A DNA stretch of 64,000 nucleotides, taken from positions 68,448,001 through 68,512,000 of the forward strand of contig CM097886.1 in the NCBI GenBank assembly GCA_044892525.1. Direction: 5' to 3'. This DNA is from Schmidtea polychroa (taxonomy: Eukaryota). The notes under the pieces were generated by a model that worked only from the letters and a program-made list of their open reading frames with translations, ran no database searches and was not told the origin of the DNA. Below, piece by piece: positions 25,314 through 36,267 of the stretch. Both the position numbers and the translations under genes were made by a program. Numbering within the stretch: the first letter of the stretch is position 1; the number at the start of each line of letters is the position of its first letter.

Positions 25314-26937
25314 AGTCGTTATGGGACTGCTGAATTGACAGAGAGATATATTTTAATTCCACAATTGGATTTTCGACTGATATTTTTTTTAATTGTTCGA
25401 TGTAAAAAAATATGACTAAATAGATAATAAAATGAAAATAATAAAATTATTAAAAAAATATATTCACATACATTTACAAAATAATATTAATGCCAGTTAC
25501 TGGATTCATTGGTAGGCAGCACTTTTTTGCCATGTACAACAGTTGAAAATCTGTAAATCGAATGATGCCATACAGGCCTAATGGACATTCATAGACAAGT
25601 CTGCATGTGCACAAATGTGTGGATGAAAATGCAATTTATCGATTTGGGATTTAGTAAAGGTTACAACTTTTTCTATAATTGTGCCATTTTTCAAATAATA
25701 TTAGACAAATCATTAGGAATTCCATCAATATTAGACTTTTATTATTTGAAAATTTGATATTGACGATTTGTATATATTATTTATATTTTTTTGTTTTAAT
25801 AATCGATATTTTATTTGCCGATTATAAGTGTACAAAATAATTATCAAACCTGCCATAATTATTTGACATTTTGCTAAATGTTACTTTACTTATTTCTCGG
25901 TGACAATTTTACGTTTGATCAAATTCTTCACAAAATTCTGATACATTTAAACTCTTGATTTTTCACGAGAAGAGAAGAAAAATTTTCACTTTATTATCAT
26001 TTTATGTATTTTATCATTTATTAACGCTTAACGCAATTTTGAACAGCAGATTTTCCTATTTTAAGATCGATGGGACAATTTTGATCATTAGGAATTTCAA
26101 TCTGGCCGGNNNNNNNNNNNNNNNNNNNNNNNNNNNNNNNNNNNNNNNNNNNNNNNNNNNNNNNNNNNNNNNNNNNNNNNNNNNNNNNNNNNNNNNNNNN
26201 NNNNNNNNNNNNNNNNNNNNNNNNNNNNNNNNNNNNNNNNAAGGTTTTTCTTCAATGAAATTATTTAATTATAATTTTAAAGTTAAGTAAGATACTTTTA
26301 AGAAACTTTGACTTCTGAGAAATCAAAGTAAATAAGTCAATTAAATTAATAATTTTAAATTAAAGTAATATATTATTTTAAGAAATGATGGGGCCTAAGA
26401 AATTTAAAAGTAATTTAATGAAATTTATAAATTTATTTTGAAATAATTTCAAAGTTAGTTTTAATGAAAGAAATTTTTGTAAAAATGTATCAAGTGATGT
26501 ATCAATAATAATAATTATTATTATTATAATGTTTGCGGCGGTTGTTATTTGTTGTTGATGTATGTGTGTAATAAGGAAATTTGTAGAGCCCAATAGAGTC
26601 TCCTTTAAAAAATAATGTTTCGGGACAGTTGGGGTACTTTTATATTAATTTTTATGAGCACAATAATAAAATGAATATTAAATTAACATAAAATGTAAAG
26701 AAAACAATAACAACGTTTATTACAAAAACAATAAACATAAACCATAGAATTTCCCTTTATATCCTATTATAGTTAAATGGATAGTAGTTGAGGATAAACC
26801 GTTTTCAAATCGTTATTTTATCTTCTAAAATTCTTGATTTTTCTTGTAAAATTGCTTGTAATTTTCCTTTTTAAATTTTCATTTTTATTGATTTTTTTAT
26901 TTTTGTAATTCTATATAGTTTATATTGTTATTAAGTG

Positions 26938-27160
26938 AAAGTGGTCCAACTAAATCCAGGTGAACTATTTCGAATGGTTTTGTTGTTGGGAATTTGACTT
27001 TTGTTGTAAATATTTTTGTAATTTTTTTTCTTGCATTTTATACATGAGTTGACGAAATCTTTTATGTCTTTTCTCATGTTTGGCCATATGACTTTTGTGT
27101 GCATGAGTTCGTATGTGGCTTTTGTTCCTGGATGGCAAATGTTGTGGAATTATTTGGTAA
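26938..27160 (-). mobile_element. Ty3/Gypsy integrase relic
   Basis: HPGTKATYELMHTKVIWPNMRKDIKDFVNSCIKCK (H2C2 zinc-binding) followed, after a frameshift, by PFEIVHLDLVGPL (rve start). Confidence 0.88.
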
Positions 27161-27803
27161 GTTCGTTTTTACATCCTCGAGTACTATAACTCTTTTATAG
27201 TTTTCGTTTGATACGTCTTGCCAAACTCCATCGATATCTTTTAGGTTTAATGAGTGGTGTTTTGGAAAGTTTTTTATAGTTGTCTCTTGTTTAATTTTGT
27301 AAAACTTTTGTAAAGAAAATTTTATAAAACTTTTTTATAAGAACCAGAACAATCCATAAAAATGACAAAATTCATCATGGCCACCAAACGACCCAATAAA
27401 AGAATATTTTAGTTAAAAATTATAAAATAAGAAAAAGATTAAATTTAACATGGAATGTTCTGGAAATGCCCATATCCATCATGGAGGCGAATCTAACAAA
27501 AATTAATTCAGAAATAAAATTTTGAAAATAAAAATAAAACTTATTACGTCAAAATCGCCATCAAAATTGATAAAAATTAAAAATCAAATGTTCTAGAATC
27601 TAGAATTAATCTTAATTCGAGTTTGTTTTACTGCACTAGTGCATGCACACAAACTTGCACACCAAAAATAGGGTATATATACCGACACATTTCAGTCACA
27701 AGTTACTCTTTATGCCAAAAAGTTTTTACTTGATCAAACTTAGTAGAACTCATTATTAATAAAATAAATAGTACAAGCTTTGTGATACCCAGTGCAAATC
27801 CCA

Positions 27804-27845
27804 ATAGTAGACTAGTTTCGAGCTTTTAGCTCTCATCAGTACTAT
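27804..27845 (-). ncRNA. Minimal type-I hammerhead ribozyme (Penelope/retrozyme-like)
   Basis: Minus strand reads AUAGUA-CUGAUGA-GAGC-UAAAA-GCUC-GAAA-CUAG-UC-UACUAU. It has a complete catalytic core, a 6-bp stem I, a 4-bp stem II, a palindromic short stem III (ACUAGU) and a GUC cleavage triplet. Confidence 0.9.
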
Positions 27846-29520
27846 GCAGGAGACGCACCAGGTAAGTATACAATATTGCTGATTCAACTCTATTGCATAC
27901 TTTCCCCGGTATATAGGAAATTACATCACTTGCAAATTAGCTTGGTCACAGAAAAAATCTGTAAACTTGTAAACATGGTGTATGAAAAATCATAATCACC
28001 TCTGTGGACTAAAAATTTAGTCGATACACAGAAATTGTTTACAAGTGCTTCAGATTACCTTTAGCATTTTTACTTCAAAACTTTTTTTTTTAGAAAAACT
28101 TTTTTGTTGGATGTCTCACTTGAATAAAATAAACAGTACAAGGCTGATTTCTAGTTTAATTGTATAATGTCATTTATGCTATATGCTTTATTAAAATCTA
28201 TGATATTCAGGTGTTTTTCTTTTTTTTTCTTTGTGTTCGTTAGATACACGGGATCCGAGCCAGTCTTGCGTTGATGGGTCCACAACCTACAACGACCTTC
28301 TAGGTCTATGACCTAGCATTCATCTAAATTGAAGATTATTTTTTACCAGGGGCGCTACAAACTATATAGTCCGATTATTGTGACTATGTGGGCAAATCAT
28401 GATAACTTATGGGTCTGACACTACTACAACGACGCTTTTTGTTGTAAAATCGACCAGCACACAACAATAGGACCTACCGTACCGAGCTCAGTGTGGCCGG
28501 GAAAGTAGGTAAATTTTAATTAAATTGACTTTCTGGGCATTAAATTACACACTTAATTTGGCATTCAAAGTATCATATTTACATAACCCTAGGAATTTAA
28601 AAAAACTGGGAATATCCCCTGACTCAAAAATATCACAATACAAGTATAAAGAAATGTAGTCGATTAAATTCCAATTAATTACTTATTTTTCCCGTTTTCA
28701 TGATTACTAAAATAATTGGGAAATCCCTGCCCAAATGTTCAAAAATAACTATACGACATAGTTAAATTCCTAAACTACCTATAAAATATAAGAATGGGTC
28801 AACAAATCGATAAACTCCCAATAATCACAATTCTGGCATACTAACCTAAATCTAGGATAAGTAGTGTCGAACAAAATCATAGCGCTAATTTACCACGTCT
28901 AATAAAGTTGATAGTAGGGTAGGAGTTGTTATTATCACTGAAGTTGTGGAAATTTCTAACAATATTTATCACTAAAATTCGTGCCAATAAACTCTTAGGT
29001 AACTGCCCACACAAATACTGCTACCTTAAACACTTACTCGTATCTCAAACCCACAAAATGAACACAATATGTCTTTAAACGTAATAGAAAATTCTCTAAT
29101 AGTCCACCCTCTCAACCCACCCCCTGATAGAATATAATGATATATATTACGGTGGTCAATTGGAAATTCCACCAATTTGGTAACGACTATCCTTATCATT
29201 CCTATTATTACGACCTACGTTACCGTCATTACTAATATTCTTGCTACATTGCTATCATTATCATTATTAGGAGGATTACGATGATCATTGTTATTATGAT
29301 TGTCCACCTAGTTATTATTATCATTTTCTACTCCTATCATAGTTATTGTAGTAAATTGTTATATTTTTATTGTTTTTATTATTTATAACAAAATCCCAAT
29401 TAGCATTATTTTTGTTATGACAGTGTTTGTTTCCAAAATGTCGAGGAAACAAAATGTTAAAAAAACTATATAGCGATAATTTACTACCGTAAAAATAAAA
29501 AATTAATAATACATTAGATA

Positions 29521-29972
29521 CGAAATTTCAAAGTGTGGATAATAAACAATAAAATTCTATCTATTCAACATTTCCAAAAATCTTTTATTTAACCAGATTA
29601 TTGTCTCGAATTCTATCCCTATTTTACTGGACAGAAGAAGAAAGAATAATTCCAATTCAAACTATATTAAGTTTCAAAGTGGTAAGTAATAAACAATAAA
29701 TTTCAACAGACTCAACATTTACTAAAAATCTACTATTTAACGAGATTATTGTCCTGAATTCTATCCCTATTTTACTAAACAGAAGACAAAAGGATAATCC
29801 CAATTCAAACTATACGAAGTTTCAAAGTGGTGAATAATAAGCAATAAAATTCTATCTATTCAACATTTTCTAAAAATCCTTTAATTATAGCGTAATTACA
29901 TTATAGAATTCTACCCCAATATTTTTGAACAGAAGAAGAATAAACAATCTCAATCTAAACTAGACGAAAGTG
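29521..29972. repeat. Three tandem ~147-bp repeats
   Basis: tttcaaagtg anchors at 29526, 29672 and 29820. Shared internal motifs include gaattctatccctatttt and cagaaga. Confidence 0.85.
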
Positions 29973-30259
29973 ATAATATTACGTATATTATATGATGCGG
30001 TGAATTGCTCCAGTTAAGGTATCACCGAAAATCCCTAATGCTAATTAAGGTCCTTTAATTTTTTTTCATTAGTAAAATTTGTAAAGTTGAATTTGTTATT
30101 CGTATTTTGTTAATTTGTTAATCTGTAAACATCAGCACAAACAACAACACACATTCACCCCAGCTGTCCTGAGACCGTTTTTACAGGAGACTCGGCTGGG
30201 TCCTAACAGAATTACTATACTACAACATACGACAAATAAACATACAACAAACGAGAAAA

Positions 30260-30780
30260 CTAACATAACAGTTTTCATTATTATTATTCTCGTTATTATC
30301 ATGATTATCATCATTATTACCGTGTGGTCAGTATTGTTATATGGCTATTATGATAAATATTGCCTTTCCTATCGAAAGAAAACCCCACTATTGTTAATAT
30401 TATTTCCTAGAATCATCATGATTTTTTTCATTACCATCGCATTATTGCTATTATCATGATTAGTATCGTTAAGCAGAGTTCCCTCAGTAGTACTATTGAG
30501 GTAAATGTTGATATTATGGCTTTATCATTCTTGGTATGGTTAGGATTATTAATAACTTCGATCATTATTATTATTATTATTAGCTTATTATTTTCTTAAC
30601 AAAGTTACCATTATTACCAAATGTTATCAATATCATTAGTATCACTATTTTACTATTATTATTATTATCATATTACTCTACTCCGATAACCATGTTTACT
30701 ATCATTATCATCATTATTTTGGTTAGTACGTAATCCTTAATTTTATCTTTAATCATTTTTTAAGATGCAGTTGACTATTT
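30260..30780. repeat. Decayed (ATT/ATC)n low-complexity tract (similar tract at about 29200-29420)
   Basis: Dense attattatc/atcatt trinucleotide-periodic sequence. Confidence 0.75.
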
Positions 30781-31259
30781 TACTTAAATTTTAAAAAAAT
30801 TACTAATTTAAGAATCCCCTTATCGCTAAAATTAGCATTAACAGACCCATCTCCCAATAAAATTACAGTAAAACACGAAATGCTATTTTTAGCAACAACC
30901 ATAACCCCTAACAACGAACAGAACCCAGAAAATTCAGCACTACCACATCTACCAGCTACACGCCACCTCAGAATAATTAGACAATCACCGTAGGCATAAT
31001 TTTCGTTTCCCATAGTAATTATATGAAAGTTTAACCGATTTATTCTAGGATGAGTCACAACAATATTCAGAACGTGCAGTGCGGATCCGGCCAATCATCG
31101 ATAGGATTCCCCCACGAAACTCAGCCATAATGGAAAGGGCCCCACACTGGGCCCGAGATATCACTAGTCAAGTCAGTCAACCGGCTCAGGACCGAGTGGA
31201 TCTGACACAAAATCCACTCGTGGGTTAACGAGGAATGAGCCGCGTCTGGTCGTTCCCTC

Positions 31260-31586
31260 ATGGTCATTGAGACGTCACGGGAACCTGAAGCCCCAATCTG
31301 GGTCAAGGAAGAGGTACAGAACAGACCAGCTCCAGAGGCTCGGATGCGAGCCGTGTCCAACGTGATATTGGCAGTGGCCAAACTCAGGGAGGTGGAGCAT
31401 CAGATCCGTACCGGCGAGCTAGAAGACTCGGGAGGAGAGGCCCTTCGGAGCACCGACGCAGATTGGCTATCGTCGGTCAAATGGGAGCTGGCACCACTTC
31501 CGGCAAATCCAAACACCACACAGCCATTTCCATCGGTAGTGCCTAAGAAGAAGGGAAACCTCCGGAAGACGGTGCCAAAGAACTGA
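31260..31586 (+). CDS. Orphan GC-rich ORF, copy 1 (108 aa), probably mobile-element derived
   Basis: ATG-started 327-nt ORF with ungapped protein similarity to 33387-33713. Family not recognised. Confidence 0.45.
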   Translation: MVIETSREPEAPIWVKEEVQNRPAPEARMRAVSNVILAVAKLREVEHQIRTGELEDSGGEALRSTDADWLSSVKWELAPLPANPNTTQPFPSVVPKKKGNLRKTVPKN

Positions 31587-33386
31587 AGGGTTTCTCCCAT
31601 CGATCTCTCCTCGGGGCAAGTGTGATCATATGTATTTACTGTGACGTAGTTATCGAAATTTCGTTTATTCTATTTGTAGATAAGTAGTGTTTTATATATC
31701 TTGAGTGTACGATGTTTATTCCTTTACGTATTTGTAATGTTCTTTATATACATTTAAAGCGTTTTGATCATTTGCATTATGGGTTTGCTCAGACAAGAAG
31801 TGACAATTATATAACCTGACCGGCCATGTTGTTGGAGGTCGAGTGAAGATAATCTAACGGCGGCAGAGGATAGAATTCATTCAGGTAAAGGTGCAGAGAA
31901 ATCTGGGAAAGTTTCTCGGTTGAAACATATGTGGTATGTTTTGGAAAGCGGAGAAATAAAACCATGATAATCGACTAATTAATCCTCAACTCCCCTAACA
32001 TAACGCAACCCTAACTTATGTAACAACTCCAACAACAATGTTCAAACGAATACTCGTAAGGAAAATAAATCCCGGCAATTTATTGGGGTAACTGTTGACA
32101 TACAGTACAATATTAAGTAAATTTTATTCACAGTTTACTTGAATTGATAAAATGTATTATAAATAAATCCTAAGTTAATTAACATTAAAGAAAAAGATCA
32201 TATTTTATTCAATCAAACTTAAACTATAATAAATCCAATCCCGCTTAACATAAAACAACTCCAAATAAGGAGAAAGATTATCTTCCATAGAGGGTAGAGC
32301 AAAAACTAACTTACAAGTATATCTCAAAGGGAAATTGATCTTCATAAAATCTATTATATCGATAAAAATATAAACCCAAAGGGGGTATTAGAAAATTTGC
32401 TGTGAACCGCATAAAAGATTAGAATTTTCATTACCTAAAAATCCTAAAATAACATAAATGAAAAAATTTGAAAAAGCCTCCACTAAGCGGAAGTATGATG
32501 ACAGATAAGTTGCAGTAAGTAGCAGCACCAGCGGGGAAACGTTGTGTCCAAAATCGGAGCCAATGAATCGCTGTTGGTGAAACCCTCTCTTGAAACCTAT
32601 AATTTTGGAAACAAAATAAAATTAGAAAAGCTCATTGTATTTTAAAATTAAATTAAAACAGTAAAACAATAGTATTTACGAGGGTGAAATTCTTAATATG
32701 GCAGGCTTACAAAAGACAAGATCATTTATGTTGATGATAAGATTTCAGTTTTGGCTAAACTAATTCTAAAAATGGAATATTGGAAATAAGGTAATTTCCC
32801 ATTATTAAACCAAATAAAAAACTTAAAATGGAGTTTAATTTTGGAATCGCGTTGAGATGGATAATTTATTCAACTTGTGATTTAAGAATAGATATTAAGA
32901 TTGAGATATTCTTAAATTATTTTTTACCGCAAGCAATTAAACCTGAGCTAGGCTTAATGATAGGAAAAAGGTACCTACCTTAGGATTAGGAGTTAAAATA
33001 AGGCACATTCGAATGCATGAGTGCGTGTTTGTTTAGGGTACATTAGAATGTGTGCATATGTTTGAAGATATGGGAATACGGTTGGGTGAGAGTGAGTGGT
33101 GAGCGGGATAAGAGTTAAAATAGAGCCGATGGGAGAGAGACGCTGTAAATTTATGTCATTTAGAAATACCCAATCAGAAAAGGAAGGAGGACAATTGCGA
33201 AGCCGGCCCGTCCTCGGCGAGTCGATATCGAGACGCCCAGTGGGAGCGAGAGGAGGCCCGAGCTTTCCAAACCCTCCTACGAAGAAGTCAATAACCAAAC
33301 CCCGATACGGGTGGAGTTGGCACAGAGTCCACTCGTGGAACGAAGATTACCCAATCGAGCCGAGTTGATGCTCAAAGGTTTTCCGA

Positions 33387-33713
33387 GTGGCGAGGGGAGG
33401 AACAGAAGGCAAAACCTTCACGATCCTCCTAAAACAGGAGCTGAGAATGAATCCGGCACGGATGGTTCGACTCCAGGCGCTCACAGACATCAGTCAAGCG
33501 ATCGCGCGCCTTCGACAGATTGAACGAGACATCCGGGTTGGCATGATTGAGAACACAGACGGGAATGTCCAGTGTCAAATAAGCACGGGTTGAATGGCGG
33601 AGATTGCCACACTACAAGGACAATCCAGCTGGGATTCTCGCTCAACCCAATGGCTTCAAGGAGAAGGTTCCAGGAAGCGCTGGAGACCCGGCAAGTGGGC
33701 CGATATGAACTAA
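33387..33713 (+). pseudogene. Orphan GC-rich ORF, copy 2 (108 codons, internal TGA at codon 69)
   Basis: GTG start aligned with the ATG of copy 1. TILLKQELRMNPARMVRLQALTDISQAIARLRQIERDIRVGMIE aligns to PIWVKEEVQNRPAPEARMRAVSNVILAVAKLREVEHQIRTGELE. TGA at 33591 aligns with TGG at 31464. Confidence 0.45.
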
Positions 33714-34909
33714 TATTGACTTGAATTTCAGCAAGCGAAAAAAATTATAATTACATAATAAACCTTGTTAATTAATTGAATCTTGTTGAAATGATTGCGG
33801 ATGTTTGTAAGGAGCAATAATGAATGTTATAATTTATTTAAACCTTGGTGTTTGCGGATTAAGAGTGTATCTCAAGGTATTGAATGTTGAAATTGAATGT
33901 GGGAAACAGGAAATGTCGAGCTATAGTGGAATATATGATCATCGAGACGACTATACATCTGTTGGGGCTTAACAAGAGAGGTACAAAAAATGAGGTGAAA
34001 AATCAATAAAAACACCAAATTCACAATAATAAGTTAAAGTACAAAAATATTAATTAAAAATTCAAAAAATTTAAAAATTAATATTTTCCGGGGCATACCG
34101 GTATGGGTGGTTACCGAATAATGAGACGAGTTCAAATATAATAAAATAAAATCAATGTACGCCACTAGAAGGAATTAATTACAAAAAATAAAAGTTAATA
34201 AAGAACCCGAGCTAATGGGAAACCCGAGACAATGGATAATCCGAGTGATGTGAGAAAACCTGAATGATCATTAAATTAGCCGATGAATAATTTAATTGGG
34301 GGAAAGCCGTCAAAGGAGAAACTCCTTAAAGTAAGTAGAGGACTTGAGTTGAGTTTTGAGTTAATTTCAAAAAGAACGCAAAGAAGTCAGACAGTGCCGG
34401 CTTGCCCAAAATACTCAACACATCTAAATACAGGGACATTTTGTTGAATGCGACCCCGAATAAAGAACTTAAACTGAAAAACCAGGGTTGATTTACACTT
34501 AAGTTATTTTCATATTGATTTGGATACCTTTAAGCTCAAATAAATTGAATTTCGTTTAATGATACAACTTATGTAGAAAATGAGCAACAACAAACTAAAA
34601 GTCTAGAACGAAGAATTACTAAATTCAAGGTGCGGTGCCGATAAGTGTTTAGCCCCACAGACATGCTGAAGCGCCTGACGCTGGTGCAGCAGCTGCAGCT
34701 CCAGGGCGCGCAGGATCAGAGCAAAATAAAGGTCCGGAAATGAGAAAACTAGCTCCACCAAAGGTACCTCGATCAAGATGTGGCTGAACAAATTAGCCCA
34801 GTTGCCGTGGAGCTGGCAGAAATCCACCCACCAGTTAGACAAAGAGGAAGCTCCCGGGTAGAGCAGCTCGGGAAAGGCTTAAGTGGACTCGCCTAGCAAT
34901 TTCCATAAT

Positions 34910-35550
34910 TTAGTGACGACACTTAAAGCTATGAAATCAGGCGTTGAAGCGTCATATGGTCACGAGGCAACATTATTTTCTGCTGATCTCATTCATGTTA
35001 AAAATTTTTGGTAATAATAAATTTACTATTTGAATGAAGGAATCACTTTTAAGTCGAACAAATGCATCAAGTTTGTTGCAATTTTTGCATTTACAAAATC
35101 AAGAATATGGTGGTTTAAATTTAGACTCATCACTAAAATTTGGACGTTTGAACAACGCAGTTATTGTATCTATGATAATTAAGGTTTCAAAATTGCTTGA
35201 AAGCAACAATTCGCCTGATTCGGAGTTGGAAAACGAAGTCGTTGGAAAAGATTATCTTAGTGACCTTGTGAGAAAAATTATAAAATGCTATAAAAAGGGA
35301 AACCATTTCTAAAATCATTTCCAAAACTCCAACATAGAAAAATGTTATAACCATATTCAAAAAAGAAATATCCATTATTGAAGTTGAAGGAAACCTGGGG
35401 TAAACCTTCAAATATGTTAAATTCAATACCACCAGCCAGTGTGGAGTCAGGAGTTTTCTCTGGATGTGAATAAATTGCTACAAAAATAACATCGTCCTTG
35501 AAGGATGAGACTGGATATATTATGCTTTTTAAGATCTCACAATTCAAGTC
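34910..35550 (+). mobile_element. Decayed hAT transposase C-terminal relic
   Basis: LVTTLKAMKSGVEA...ATLFSAD at the start and LNSIPPASVESGVFSGCE*IATKITSSLKDET at the end (SIP.TSVE.ER.FS...TK.RS.L dimerization motif). Confidence 0.7.
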
Positions 35551-36267
35551 CGAAAAGAAATAAGAAAAAGTTAATCAATTTTTGTTTGTAAAATGGAATG
35601 TTTACTGATGTTCCAAATTGTTGTTTCTTAAAGAACCAGTTTTTGACCAAATCCCGCAACAGAAAACCACTGAATGTCTTAGCCACCACGATCCTCTATC
35701 CAATTTTTAACTGATGTTAATGTTATTCTTACTCCTTCATTCTTTCAATCTTAAGAAAATGTTTCCATTATTTGGTGTAAGTGCTTTCCTCTATCAATTT
35801 TACCATTGTGGAATCAAACCGATACTTTTGGCAAATTCTCTAATGTTATTGGACAAATTAACCTCTTCAAGACCTTTTTTCTTAAATTCAAACATGTAGC
35901 TTATTCTTGCATAATATTGTCGATTAAAATTAAATAAATACTTTATTGATATATACTATCATCAATATATAATATAAAATTATAAATCAAAAAGAAGAAT
36001 AGGCAACAGTATCATCATTTTATTACTAATAAATACAATATTGGCCAATCGCAACCATCAACAAATTTTTCCAAAACTCGCATGTTGCGATTAAAATAAA
36101 TGACGGGACAATAAAATAAAATCACAAATAATTAACAAGTACTAAATCACTGTGTTGAAAGATAAAAATAGAGAGAGAGAGAGAGAGAGGTTTAAATATT
36201 CTGTACAAGGAAATTTACATTTATATTGCAGTTTGAATTTGTGCAACTTGCGGTATTTTGTGTCGGT

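Noticed and set aside
25490-25660. Possible SWIM/MULE relic upstream of collagen (CTC...WH)
   Set aside because: Motifs are split across frames and too short to support.
27858-27900. U1 snRNA gene (ATACTTACCTGG on the minus strand)
   Set aside because: The match stops after 12 nt; no U1 stem-loops or Sm site follow.
28130-28215. RT-like IDFNKAY on the minus strand near the ribozyme
   Set aside because: Isolated short motif with no other RT domains in frame.
31200-33713. UGA=Trp genetic code for the orphan ORFs (two TGA/TGG correspondences)
   Set aside because: The upstream correspondence (31203 versus 33318) is explained by a Thr/Ala change in the better-conserved alternative frame. Copy 1 itself ends in TGA where copy 2 has TAA, and host genes also stop at TGA.
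35640-35720. Bcl-2 BH2-like NWIEDRGG on the minus strand
   Set aside because: Followed by a stop instead of Trp, with no BH1 motif or supporting exons.
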